NCBI RefSeq assembly: GCF_000281045.1
Contig: NW_008246069.1
Coordinates: 76,492-135,614, forward strand
DNA: 59,123 bases
Source of the DNA: Saprolegnia diclina VS20
Lineage: Eukaryota
Direction: 5' to 3'
This document shows, one piece after another, positions 20,989-32,974 of the stretch. Numbering within the stretch: position 1 is the stretch's first letter; each line of letters begins with the position of its first letter. The notes under the pieces were generated by a model. It saw only the letters and a list, made by a program, of their open reading frames with translations, searched no databases and was not told the origin of the DNA. Both the position numbers and the translations under genes were made by a program.

Positions 20989-23678
20989 ATGGTACGTCAA
21001 GATGAGCCGCCGGCCATGCTTCCGCTTCCGAGATGGACGCATGGCAGGAAGACGACGAGCAGGATGGCTCATGCTGCTGTGCTTAGGTGAACTTCACGGT
21101 TAATCAGATGCGTGAGATCATGGACTACACGAAGAACATTCGTAACATGTCCGTGATTGCCCACGTCGATCACGGTAAGTCGACGTTGACGGACTCGCTC
21201 GTCTCCAAGGCCGGTATCATTGCCGCCAAGAACGCCGGCGACGCCCGCTTCACGGACACGCGTGCCGATGAGCAGGAGCGTGGTATCACGATCAAGTCGA
21301 CGGGTATCTCGATGTTCTTTGAGTACAACATGTCGGCCGGTGAGGCCCTCGAAGCCAACAAGGCGCACGCTGACGCCGACGCCGCCTCGGGCGTCGACCA
21401 CGCCGCGCCCACGGACGTCGAGATTAACGAGAACTCGTACCTCATCAACTTGATCGACTCGCCCGGTCACGTCGATTTCTCGTCGGAAGTCACGGCTGCC
21501 CTCCGTGTCACGGACGGTGCCCTCGTCGTCGTCGACTCGATCGACGGTGTGTGCGTCCAGACCGAGACGGTCCTTCGCCAGGCCATCGGTGAGCGCGTCA
21601 AGCCCGTGCTCATGGTCAACAAGGTCGATCGCGCCTTGCTCGAACTCCAGCTCCCGCCGGAGGAGTGCTACCAGGCCTTCAACCGCTCGATCGAAAACGT
21701 CAACGTCATCATTGCCACGTACAACGACGAGAAGCTCGGCGACGTCCAGGTCTACCCCGAGAAGGGTACGGTCGCCTTCGGTTCGGGTCTCCACCAGTGG
21801 GGTTTCACGCTCAAGAAGTTCGCCCGCCTCTACGGCCAGAAGTTCGGCATTGAGGAGCAGAAGATGATGGAGAAGCTCTGGGGCGACTGGTTCTTCGACG
21901 CCGACGCCAAGAAGTGGAAGCGCTCGTCGGAGAACGGCTCGCTCAAGCGCGCGTTCGTCCAGTTCATCATGGAGCCGATCTGCAAGATGTTCGACGCCAT
22001 CATGAACGACCGCAAGGCCAAGATCGCCAAGATGCTCACGGCCGTCGGCGTTGAGCTCAAGCCCGAGGAGCAGGAGCTTGTCGGCAAGCCCCTCCTCAAG
22101 CGCGTCATGCAGAAGTGGCTCCCGGCCGGTGATGCCATTCTTGAGATGATTGTCGTGCACCTTCCGTCGCCGGTCGTCGCCCAGCGCTACCGTGTCGACA
22201 CGCTCTACGACGGTCCGCTCGACGATGAGTGCGCCAACGGTATCCGCAACTGCGACGTCAACGGCCCGCTCGTCATGTACGTCTCCAAGATGGTGCCCAC
22301 GTCGTCGGACCGCGCTCGTTTCTACGCGTTCGGCCGTGTCTTCTCCGGCAAGATCGCCACGGGCCAGAAGGTCCGCATGCTTGGCCCCAACTACATCCCG
22401 GGCAAGAAGACGGATCTCTGGGTCAAGAACATCCAGCGTACGATCATCATGATGGGTCGCTACGTCGAGCAGGTCCCGGACATCCCGGCCGGTAACACGT
22501 GCGGTCTCGTCGGTGTCGACCAGTACCTCCTCAAGTCGGGTACGATCACGACGTCGGAGACGGGCCACACCATCCGCACCATGAAGTTCTCGGTCTCGCC
22601 CGTCGTGCGCGTCGCCGTCGAGCCCAAGTCGGCTGCCGATCTCCCCAAGCTCGTCGAAGGCATGAAGCGCCTCGCCAAGTCGGACCCGATGGTCCTCTGC
22701 TTCACCGAAGAGTCGGGCGAGCACATTATCGCCGGTGCCGGTGAGCTCCACCTCGAGATTTGCTTGAAGGATCTCCAGGAAGACTTCATGGCCGGTGCCA
22801 CGGTCAAGATCTCGGAGCCGGTCGTCTCGTACCGCGAGACGGTCACGTCCGACTCGTCGATGACGGTGCTCTCCAAGTCGCCCAACAAGCACAACCGTCT
22901 CTTCTGCTCGGCCACCAACATCTCGGACGAGCTCGTCGAGGAGATCGACTCTGGCAAGGATGAGGTCGGCCCGCGCTTCGATATGAAGCTCCGTGCCCGC
23001 TACCTCGCCGACAACCACGGCTGGGACGTGACGGATGCTCGCAAGATCTGGGGTTACGGCCCCGATGGTACGGGCCCCAACATCTTCGTCGATGCCACGA
23101 AGGGTGTCTCGTACCTCCAGGAAATCCGCGAGTCGGTCCTCGGCGGTTTCCAGTGGGCCACCAAGACGGGTGTCCTCTGCGACGAAGTCGTCCGCGGTCT
23201 CCGCGTCAACCTCCTCGATGTCGTGCTCCACGCCGATGCCATCCATCGTGGTATGGGCCAGATCATGCCCACGGCCCGCCGTGTCGTCTTCGCCGCCCAG
23301 CTCGTCTCGACGCCGGCGCTCATGGAACCCTACTTCCTCGTCGACATCCAGTGCCCGCAGGACGCCATGGGTGGTGTCTACGGTGTGCTCACGGTCCGCC
23401 GTGGCCACGTCTTCTCGGAGGAGCAGCGCCCCGGTACGCCCATGATGTCGATGCGCGCGTACATGCCCGTCAACGAGTCGTTCGGCTTCACTGAGGAGCT
23501 CCGCGCCAAGACGGGCGGCAAGGCCTTCCCCCAGTGCTCGTTCGATCACTACTCGATCGTCACGGGTGACGCCCTCGTCCCCACGTCGATGGCCGGCAAG
23601 CTCGTCACCTCGACGCGTGTCCGCAAGGGTCTCGCCCCCGAAGTGCCGCCGTTTGACCGCTTCTACGACAAGTTGTAA
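20989..23678 (+). CDS. EEF2: Translation elongation factor 2; ATG-only first exon, intron 20992-21086
   Basis: [37 protein letters not shown], diphthamide loop HADAIHRG, C-terminus FYDKL. Extreme codon bias. Confidence 0.99.
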
Positions 23679-26004
23679 ACGTCTCAATCGACGATTGCCA
23701 TTGTTGGTGCATTTTTTGATGTCACATTAATATATCTATCCAACAAGAACATCATATCTCCTTCATGACACGTCCGTCCCCATGACTGGGTTGCGGTCGG
23801 TCTTGTGTAAACTGGCTCGTCTTTGCGGTGAGCTGGGACTTTGCTGCATTTGGGAGCAAGATTGCTTGGAGGCTCCACGATCGCGCAACACCAGCCAACG
23901 CGATCGGTCTCTTCCACAAAAAGCTGCCGTCGAGCTGCCCGTTGTGGGTCCAGGCACCTGCACCTGAGCATCGGGAGTGTGAGTTGGCGACCTTCTCGGC
24001 TAAAGCTTTGGTCCCACACAGCGGCTGGCATGTTTGTACTACCAAGTTGGCTGCCTCGTTGGGCATGCTGAATGGGCTTCCAGGTCGAATTGCCCAAGCA
24101 AAGGATCTCTCTGACTGCACATTGCGGCGCCACGACGACGAGCCAACGACGCCAACAGAGTGCGTCCTTGCAGCCGAGAGGTGTACACGCAAGGGAATAC
24201 CCCGCGAAGGACTCGTGCTCTAGGCGATGGTCGCTATCTCCTACCGCTTACCACGCCAGCTTCTACACTCGGCAACCTCCAGGTTGTACCTCCAACGATC
24301 GGACCTTTCCGTCAACGCTGTACGCATGCTGCAACCACGGAGGTCGAATAAGACCGTCATGACCTCATGGACGCTTTCACGTCCTGCACTCATCCAAGTG
24401 CGGTCAATGTTGTGGCTACTGCCTTAGCCGCTGGACACAACACCTCGTCGCCGTGTTGATGCTCTACGATGGCTAGTCCGTTCGCTTTTGGCGTGCCTCC
24501 ATATTGAGCAGCTCGCCATTGGAATTGAGCTGGCCACCCTGCAGCGCCTTTGACCAGGCGCGGCTCTCATGCCCGCCGACTGTTTCTTGCGTCGCTCTTG
24601 GCAGCGTGCCCAACCTCCTCGACTGGGTGGCTGCAACCTCGTGTACGGCTTGGTGTCTGCTTGTGCAAATGCATCGCAGCGCGATATGCCTTCTCTACGA
24701 TCGTCATTTGAGAGAGCGCATTCGTCCTTGCTCGCAAGAACCGCGTTTGTCACCCCATCGTCCACGCCGTCGCAGCACGGCAGCAACCCTTGTCCGCATG
24801 CATCGGCTGCCGCTGGTCTCCACGAACGCTCGAGTCTTGGCTATGCAAGCTGCTTTCCAGTAACCTTGGGATCGCTACGCATTCTTTCTATCTCCTAAAA
24901 TGAAGTCGAAGATCGCTCCTCGGTGGTGCCACAAAACGCGTCCGTCATGGGTGAAGAGGTGCCGTCGGTTTGCTTGAAACAGCCCTCGCAGGAGCGGCAA
25001 CTGTCGGAACGCGACGAGCACGGAGCACGGAGGACGCGCGGATGGTCTTCGTGTCGCAAGGAGTCGCTCGGATGCCGAGGACATTGCCCTCGTTGACTGG
25101 ACGAAGTGCAATGGACCCAACACAGCGACCACCACTCTGGCGGAAGGCGCATGCAGAGCTCGCTATGAGGTCGATCCTGCTCCGACAAAGATACTGTTGT
25201 CGTTCCTTGGCGCCAAAGACATGGTCGGCCTGTACGTGGCGCCACGTTGAAGTAGCCTCGCTTCAGGAGGATTTTGCAGGGCAGCATCTATGTCCGGCAA
25301 GACGCGCCTCCTGCCACCCTCTATGGGGCCCGACCCGCGCAAATGAATCGAGTCGCTTCATCATCACAAAGGTAGAGGCTGGGAATGACTCACAAGGTCC
25401 GTCTGAACCTCGGAAAGGCTGGGAACGCACGCGAGCGGCAAACCTTGTTTCGTCGCAAGTGGGATCCGCCAAGATCGCGCCAATCGCAGCCGCTCGTTTC
25501 GGCTTAAGATCGCCATGTCGTATACGCAACACGCCCGCGTGGCAGCTGTCGGTTTTATGGGGCCGGCGCGAGGATCGTCGGCGGCAAAGATACCGTCGCC
25601 GAGGTTCTTGACACTGTCGAGCGCTGTCGCTCGCTTCCTCTTCTGCTTGCAGTAGCTCGGTGCTCGCAAAGATGCGGCGATGGGGTGCGTCTTTGCCCGC
25701 GCCGCCGCCACGGGGTCGCGTCAGTGAATCTCTCGTTTCGTCGACTTGACATTGCCCTCAACGATCGGCGCTCATGTGCTGCCACGAGGGCAGTGCGGAA
25801 TAAGAAAGCCAAATCTGCGATAGGCACCCAAGCGAATGACCAATGAACGCGCACGCTGCGCGGGTTAGATGGTCGATGACACGCGCGCGTCATCGAATGC
25901 CCACTCGAAAGCCGCCGTCGAACATGCCGTTGGCACTTGATGTTTGTATGCCTCGCCGTAAAACGTCCACGTGACGCGAATGGCAAAGTGACACGACGCA
26001 CGAT

Positions 26005-26132
26005 GATTGGCTGAGCTTTGATGGGCGATGCGGATTGGCTACGAGTGGCGAATCAAACGCGACCTTGGGCGTGGTCGAGCAACTTCAAGGTGGCGGCGGC
26101 GCGCTGCGCGTGAAAGCTCATTGTGCAATCTT
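26005..26132 (+). promoter_or_regulatory. PEPCK promoter: two inverted CCAAT boxes and an INR element
   Basis: GATTGGCT at 26005 and 26033; GCTCATTGTGCAATCTT at 26116, about 40 nt before the ATG. Confidence 0.6.
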
Positions 26133-26157
26133 CCAGCTTGACAACAGCAGCAGCAAC

Positions 26158-27771
26158 ATGGCGACCCACCAGACGACGACGTCGGCCCTCGGCCTCAACG
26201 AGCTCGGCATTGACGCCAAGTGCACGGTGTTCCACAACATGACGTACGACCAGATCGCTGAGCACGAGGAGCGCTACAAGGAGGGTGTCTTCACGGCCAA
26301 CGGCACGTTCGCTGTCGACACGGGCAAGTTTACGGGCCGCTCGCCCAACGACAAGTTCATCGTGCGCCAGGAGCCCTCGGCCCAGCACGTGGACTGGGGC
26401 AAGGTCAACCAGCCGACGACGGCCGCTGTCTTTGACACGCTGTACGCCAAGGCGACTGCGCACTTCTCCAAGGCCGAGAAGATGTACGTCTTTGACGGCT
26501 ACTGCGGCGCCAACGAGAACTCGCGCCTCAAGGTGCGCATCATCACGGAGCTCGCGTGGCAGCACCACTTTGTGACCAACATGTTCATGCGCCCCGAGTA
26601 CAAGGAAGTCGCGCCTGGCTCGGGCTTTGCGGCCGACTTCACGATTGTGAACGCGTGCAACATTGTCGACGAGGACTGGCAGGCGCACGGCCTCAAGTCG
26701 GAGGTGTTTGTCATCTTCAACATTGAGAAGAAGATGGCGGTCATTGGCGGCACGTTCTACGGCGGCGAGATGAAGAAGGGCATCTTCTCCATGATGAACT
26801 ACTACCTCCCGCTCAAGGGCATCATGCCCATGCACGCGTCGGCCAACAAGGGCCCGAAGGGCGACACGGCCATCTTCTTTGGCCTCTCGGGCACCGGCAA
26901 GACGACCTTGTCGGCCGACCCGAAGCGCGCGCTCATTGGCGACGACGAGCACGGCTGGGACGATGCCGGTATCTTCAACTTTGAGGGCGGCTGCTACGCC
27001 AAGACGATCAACCTCAGCGCGCCCAACGAGCCCGAGATTTACGCGGCCATTCGCCGCGATGCGATGCTCGAGAACGTCTGGCTCGACTCCCAGAAGGTCC
27101 CCGACTACTACAACATTGAGAAGACGGAGAACGGCCGCGTCTCGTACCCGCTCTACCACATTAGCAACCACGAGCCGACGTCGGCCGGCGGCCACCCGGC
27201 GGTTGTGATCTTTTTGACGTGCGACGCCTACGGTGTGCTCCCGCCCGTCTCGAAGCTCACGCCCGGCCAGGCCCAGTACCACTTCCTCTCGGGCTACACG
27301 GCCAAGGTCGCCGGCACGGAGCGCGGCATTACCGAGCCCCAGGCCACGTTCTCGGCGTGCTTTGGCGCGGCGTTTATGACGCAGCACCCGATCGTGTACG
27401 CCGACCTCCTCAAGAAGAAGATTGAAGCCCACGGCACGCGCGTGTACCTTGTCAACACGGGCTGGACCGGCGGCGCGTACGGCGTCGGCTCGCGCATGTC
27501 GCTCAAGTACACGCGCAAGTGCATTGACGCAATCCTCGACGGCTCGATTGAGGACGCCAAGTTTGAAGTCGACCCGATCTTTGCCGTCGCCGTCCCGACT
27601 TCGGTCGAGGGCGTGCCGTCCGAGATGCTCAACCCGGCGCTCGCGTGGGCCGACAAGGCGCAGTACAAGGTCATGGCCAAGAAGCTCGCGACCGAGTTCC
27701 GTGCCAACTTTACGCAGTACGTCTTGCCCAACCACACGGACTACTCGTCGTTTGGCCCCAACCAGGCGTAA
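26158..27771 (+). CDS. PCK1: Phosphoenolpyruvate carboxykinase (ATP)
   Basis: [27 protein letters not shown]-loop [35 protein letters not shown]. Confidence 0.99.
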   Translation: MATHQTTTSALGLNELGIDAKCTVFHNMTYDQIAEHEERYKEGVFTANGTFAVDTGKFTGRSPNDKFIVRQEPSAQHVDWGKVNQPTTAAVFDTLYAKATAHFSKAEKMYVFDGYCGANENSRLKVRIITELAWQHHFVTNMFMRPEYKEVAPGSGFAADFTIVNACNIVDEDWQAHGLKSEVFVIFNIEKKMAVIGGTFYGGEMKKGIFSMMNYYLPLKGIMPMHASANKGPKGDTAIFFGLSGTGKTTLSADPKRALIGDDEHGWDDAGIFNFEGGCYAKTINLSAPNEPEIYAAIRRDAMLENVWLDSQKVPDYYNIEKTENGRVSYPLYHISNHEPTSAGGHPAVVIFLTCDAYGVLPPVSKLTPGQAQYHFLSGYTAKVAGTERGITEPQATFSACFGAAFMTQHPIVYADLLKKKIEAHGTRVYLVNTGWTGGAYGVGSRMSLKYTRKCIDAILDGSIEDAKFEVDPIFAVAVPTSVEGVPSEMLNPALAWADKAQYKVMAKKLATEFRANFTQYVLPNHTDYSSFGPNQA

Positions 27772-28140
27772 GCGTGTCTAGCGCCAAGGCGCCGCCTTTT
27801 TTTCCCATTTATAAACCCTAAAAATATAACCTTTTGACACTGAAGGACGTTCTTGCACAGCCTTGTGAAGCCCCATGTCGATCGTGATCATACAGTCTAG
27901 TGCCACGGCAGGGGTCAACAGGCTCGGGACCTTCCCTACACCTTCTACTGTACCATCCGTCGCCAATAAGATGATCGTCGTATTGCCCAAGCTTTTTGCT
28001 TGTTGCTTGTTGCCACGGAGTTTGGCGGTGGACTCCCACTCTGCTGACACGCCCTTGGACATAGGGTGGGACGTCGAAGATGATTTCGCCGAAGAAAGGT
28101 GGACGGACAAGGCAGCCAAGAGGAGGGACGTCACTTAACA

Positions 28141-28912
28141 TTACGGCATGGGCGAAGGCGGCGATGCTTTTTGAAAGGAGCGGAGGAGCTCAAAGAGCTG
28201 GCGCTGCTGGTCTTGGAGCGTCGCTGTGATGGTGTGCAAATCGCGGTTTTCCTGCTGGAGCGTCGAGAGGAGCGCCAGCTGCTGCTGGTACTGGGCCAGC
28301 GGCAAGACGACGACCGGACTGTTGACAATGACTTGGGAGTTGCTTTCGGTGGGAAAAGGCAGCGTGCACAATGGCGCAATGTCGTTGGCTTGATTGTGCA
28401 CCAGCGATGCGCGGTGGTGGCAGCACGCATGGGCGTGCGCGCCAATACGTGCTAGGCTTTGGTCGACAGTCAACGGCGTCGAGAGCGGAGCGCGCGGCTT
28501 GGCCTCGGGCACCTTCTCGCGCTCGTCTTCAAAGGTCTATGCCAGTATGGAGAAATGGTGCCTAGCTGTGGTGTCCACACCTTGTGTGCGTTGCGCTCGG
28601 GCGATGGCGTGGTCGGGTTCAAGTCGATGATCGTGAAGCGGCCCTTCTGCTTGACGCGCCTATGCTGTCGTTCATGTGGCGTCCAAGGAATGGCGCGAAG
28701 CATACGTCTTTTGCAGCGGCGCATCCGCGTCAAAGGCGTCGTCGTTGCTCAACGACGTCGGCGTGTCCTAGCCGGCGCTGGCAAAGCACTCGGAAGAGGC
28801 GAGAACGTACGTGGCCAAAGGCGGCGCTTGGGCTAGGGACGTCCGATGGCAGGTCGATGATCGTGAACCGGCCCTTCTTTTCGACGCGGCCCTTCTCGGG
28901 GGCCCGCAGCAT
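28141..28912 (-). CDS. 212-aa protein with two KGRFTIIDL motifs and a C-terminal coiled coil, 4 exons
   Basis: GT-AG introns 28768-28810, 28660-28705 and 28537-28580 join three ORF-track fragments and a small exon into one open frame. Confidence 0.7.
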
Positions 28913-29860
28913 GATGCTCGTTGAAATACCCCGACTGCGATTTTTGCTATGGCAGGGACCAATTGCTTCGAAGTTCGATACTCGTAGAAAGACGCGCATT
29001 CGAAGGTCGGGCCGAGCACCCAAGCCGGCCTGGGCAAGCCACCAGACACGTCTGAAGAAGCACCACCACGATGATGTGACGCGATACTACTCTCGCTTTG
29101 CACCTAGTAGCGCGCTCATGGCAGCTCGTACTACTCCCCTCAAGACGCCGCTCTTCACCAGTGGCAAGGCAAAACTCACCTCGCAGCAGCGAGCTTCTGT
29201 CGAGGGCAGCGTTGGCTCATACCTTCTGACGGCAATGGCTGCAGATATAGCGCGCTGTGGGAAGGACGCTACCGTGCCAGCTCCCAAGCCCAGCGCGCTC
29301 GCATATCCCAGCGCATGCAAACTTGAATGTCAATGGTATTGGATCGAGTTTGCCTTTCATGTGGGAAACTGCATTTTTCACATGCTTCAAACAGGCGGTG
29401 GCGCTGAACCTTGCAAAAGATCCGATCGCGACGAGAGCGAGGCCACACGCCATGGACTCGCACCGGCCTCGATCGATCGACTTGCAACCAAGGGTAGATA
29501 AGAGAAAATCTTAGTGCAACCTTGCAATCTCGTGTTGATCTCGTGCGGCGTTCGCTGCCTGGCTCCAAAACATGTAGCGAGAGGAGCCGGTACGCGCCAC
29601 ATATAATAATTGACAGGCAGAAAAGATGCACGACGTCTTGGGTTCGTTCTACGTCCCTGAACGAGACAAGGGGATTCGAACTGCGGCCGTGACCAACGCT
29701 AAGCGGGTATTTTCCACGTGCGTATTTTTCACCGCGTTGGGTGGATGACATACAAAATGCAAGTGTAGAATGCATTTCCCACGCATTTTGCGATCCAGCC
29801 AATCACCGCAATGCGAGGCGATCGCAACTGCGAAGTGCCAGTATTTTTGCTTCGGCGGCC

Positions 29861-31090
29861 ATGGCGGACGACACGATCATGCCCCCGTCGCTCTTCCAGC
29901 GGACGTGGAACACGTCCGAGGTCGACGGCCTCGTTGGCCTGCAGCTGAGCCTGCCAGGCCGCGTCTTCATCACGCGCCGCAGCAGCGCGGACGCCTCGGC
30001 GCCGGCAGCCGAGGTCGTGCTGCGCAGCAATGCGAGCGATCTCATCGACTTGATCACGGTGCAGGTCGTGAATGGCACGTACACGTCGACGATCCACGAC
30101 TGGAAGATGCAAGTGTCCAGAGACGACCCGATTCTGAAGCTCAGCGTGCGCGACACGTCGACGCGGGTGCAGGGCACATTGCTCGTACACATCATCTTGA
30201 ACAGCCCGGTCCGGTCCGTCTCGACGTCGGCGCAAACGATCCTTGGCCATGGCACGCTACTGGACAACGCGTCGGCGGAGGCCATCGACATTGCAGCGTA
30301 CGGCAACGAGAACGTCTGGATCGAGTCCACCGGGCCGGTGGCCGTGAAAGGCCTCACACTCAACGCCTATGGCTCGGGCAACATTCAGTACACGGTGCCG
30401 CACTTGACGCTGGGAAACACGCTCGATCTTAACGTCTTTGGCATCGGGTCGGTCATCGTCGAGGCCGCCGAAGCGTTTGTCGACTCGGTCGAGTCGACGG
30501 TCGGCGGCCAAGGCTCCATCTTTGTCCATGGCACGTACGCGGTCGCCGACATGGCCAGCCACATTCTTGGCTCTGGCTCGATCAACTATTATCCATATGG
30601 AAAATGCGGCAAGAGCAAGGTCGATATCGTCGGCGGCGGCAACATCAACGCCGGGTCCTGGGTCTGCCTCCGCGCCCACGCGTCTGTGCTTGGCTCGGGC
30701 AAGGCCATCGTGCAAGTCGTGGACGTGCTGGATGTCTCGGGCATTGGTCGCGGCCACATCGAGTACTTTAACGAGACGCCGTCCACGCTGCCGAGTGGCA
30801 AAACCGGCCTTTTGAGCGGCCCGCGGGTTGAAATCGCGCTGGCCAACACGTACCAGACCTTTGCGCCCCTGGCGACGCCGCCCCGCCAAGCCATCTTTGT
30901 CTCGGTGGGCCCGGCCAACGCCGGCTGGTTCCTTCCATCGTCGGCAACCACGACGTTCTACGGCGTCTCGGTCCCCCACTCGGCCGTGCTCAGCGTCGTG
31001 GGCTTTGCACTGGTCGCAATGTTGCTCGCACTTGTCGCTGTCCTCCGACGCAAGCAGCCCACGCGCCACCGGTACAGCTCTATCAATTAA
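29861..31090 (+). CDS. GIN-domain (DUF2807, autotransporter adhesin head-like) beta-helix protein with C-terminal transmembrane helix
   Basis: Repeated xxGSGxI/V turns (YGSGNI, FGIGSV, GGQGSI, LGSGSI, VGGGNI, LGSGKA), then a hydrophobic helix and RRKQ. Start codon uncertain. Confidence 0.75.
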   Translation: MADDTIMPPSLFQRTWNTSEVDGLVGLQLSLPGRVFITRRSSADASAPAAEVVLRSNASDLIDLITVQVVNGTYTSTIHDWKMQVSRDDPILKLSVRDTSTRVQGTLLVHIILNSPVRSVSTSAQTILGHGTLLDNASAEAIDIAAYGNENVWIESTGPVAVKGLTLNAYGSGNIQYTVPHLTLGNTLDLNVFGIGSVIVEAAEAFVDSVESTVGGQGSIFVHGTYAVADMASHILGSGSINYYPYGKCGKSKVDIVGGGNINAGSWVCLRAHASVLGSGKAIVQVVDVLDVSGIGRGHIEYFNETPSTLPSGKTGLLSGPRVEIALANTYQTFAPLATPPRQAIFVSVGPANAGWFLPSSATTTFYGVSVPHSAVLSVVGFALVAMLLALVAVLRRKQPTRHRYSSIN

Positions 31091-32974
31091 TAAATTCTAC
31101 TGTTACATTGGACAAGATTGTGCACCGACTGTCGTTACTACCTCGCGTTCGGTCCGCGTATCTATCAAGAACAAAAGTGAGACGGTGCGTTTGCACGCGG
31201 GCACTTGGTCGCTGGGCATGAGCCGGTGTCGCCGCGACATAGCTCGCAGGGTAGGAGGGGAGGAGTCGCGGGGTTCTGTACTGCCAGAGGAAGTGAGCCA
31301 GCCAAGATTTGGCGCATCCTCGTCATCCTTATTCGACCGCCTGTTCTAGTCGAGCCGGACATCGTGCTATAGAGCGAATCACTTGGGTGCACTGCGAAGC
31401 TATCCGCTGCTGCGGTCGCGACCAAGGTAGTTACTACGACACGCTTGTACGACACGTGGCTCGTCGCTCTGTGGTGCCATCGCTTGTCGAGCTGCTCACA
31501 TCTCTGCGATGACCTTTGGTGCGCGCTACCTGGTTCCTCGCACAATCATCCCGCACCATGACCCCTAAACTTCCTCGCTTGACGCATCCACAGCTCCACG
31601 AGTGCATGAAAAATTTCCTATCTCTATAACGACATGTTCATGCCTCATTGTAGCAGCGACTTGTGCGCAGCAAGCTGCGAAAAAGCCTGGTCTTCTGCAG
31701 CAAAAATCCAGCCCGTCCTCGTAGGACACTGCGTTTCTTGCGTACAGCATAGTTGCAGTCATATTATAACATGTTTGCTGCACGGACGGACTCTTGTATT
31801 GCTGCTGCACGTCGTATCCACATGGGTCGCTACGCATTGAGGCGTTCTACGCCGCTCAAGTTCCACGCACATGAGCCCTGGAGAGGCGTCGCAGTAGCGA
31901 GCATTCGAGCGTCGGTACAGACACGCCTCGCTGCTTCGTGGTGGACAGTGATGCCCCAGGTTACAAATTTGTTTAACTGCTAGGACACATGTACGTTTGC
32001 AAAAATATGCAAAGAAAAAGGTATCGCCGATACACAAAGGGTAGTGACAACGTGGCGGCTCTTTGATGGAACCGGGCGGCTTTTTGATGTGATGTAAGAT
32101 GGCAGCTCCATCATCAGGACGCAGTTGCGAGTGCGTAATGACCGCATTTCTTCGTTGTGTGCATCGTATTTGCAGCAGCCTTTGGCGCCTTCAAGCGCGA
32201 AAGATCGCAACCATCACTCTGCAACCAAGAGTGCTGGCGATTTCAAAAATTCAGCTCCGGCCGCCACTCCGGCATGTGCGTCATCTTCGAACTTCGATGG
32301 ACGTAACGCGCCAGTTTTTAGCGGGTCATTGACGCCAACGTGGCCGGCCCACGGCTCAGGACGAGTAGCGAGACGTTGAACCTGTCGGTCAACCATCTCG
32401 GGTCACCGCTCCCCGCCACAGCGTCCATCCATCGCAAAGTTGACCTTCTCACGCTCCCCACAGCGTTCCGAGTCGTTTTTGTTTGGGCAAAGTAGGCAGT
32501 AATTACAGTATATACCAACAGTCAACAACCCGTCCACGGCTGTCGCGTCCAACAAACCAGCACACCACCTGTGTGCTATGCTGGTGTGTGGGCTCGAGCC
32601 TGGTCATTCGTCGCGTCGACACGATTTTGCGCGTGAACCCTTTGGATGGAAACGCCATTGTGTACGAAGAATAAACAGTACTTGGTGGGCGCGGTACCGA
32701 GGCCATGGCCGCAGCGCAGCGACAGCAACAACAGCGATCAGCTTCTCCGTCCGGTGCTCCCATTCGAGGCGCGATGGGTGCCACCAGCCCACTGTCAAAT
32801 CACACTTAAATCACACGAGTTTCGCACCACATGGCATACAATGCGGCCATAGAGCGCTGCAAAACCCACGGTGTGAAATCCAAGCCCACGTCGTCGAAAA
32901 GGACCTTCGAACTTCGCGTCAACAAATTGCCTTGAACGCTGGTGAGCCACAACTCAATCTGCTTCGCCAGGCCC

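Noticed and set aside
21069..23687. 872-aa antisense ORF over eEF2, and similar long antisense ORFs over PEPCK, the 17.4-kb gene and the importin-like gene
   Set aside because: Expected shadow of strong GC3 codon bias; the translations have no motifs.
23700..26000. Short ORFs in the long intergenic tracts (also 19.1-20.9, 31.1-32.9, 54.3-55.6 and 57.4-58.4 kb)
   Set aside because: No codon bias, motifs, terminal repeats or consistent splice pattern; degraded relics cannot be excluded.
11651..27771. Carbonic anhydrase and PEPCK as a CO2-handling gene cluster
   Set aside because: They are about 13 kb apart with unrelated genes between them, and nothing suggests co-regulation.
29671..29681. 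GTTCGAATCCC (tRNA T-loop/B-box) on the minus strand
   Set aside because: The T-stem does not pair and no cloverleaf can be built.
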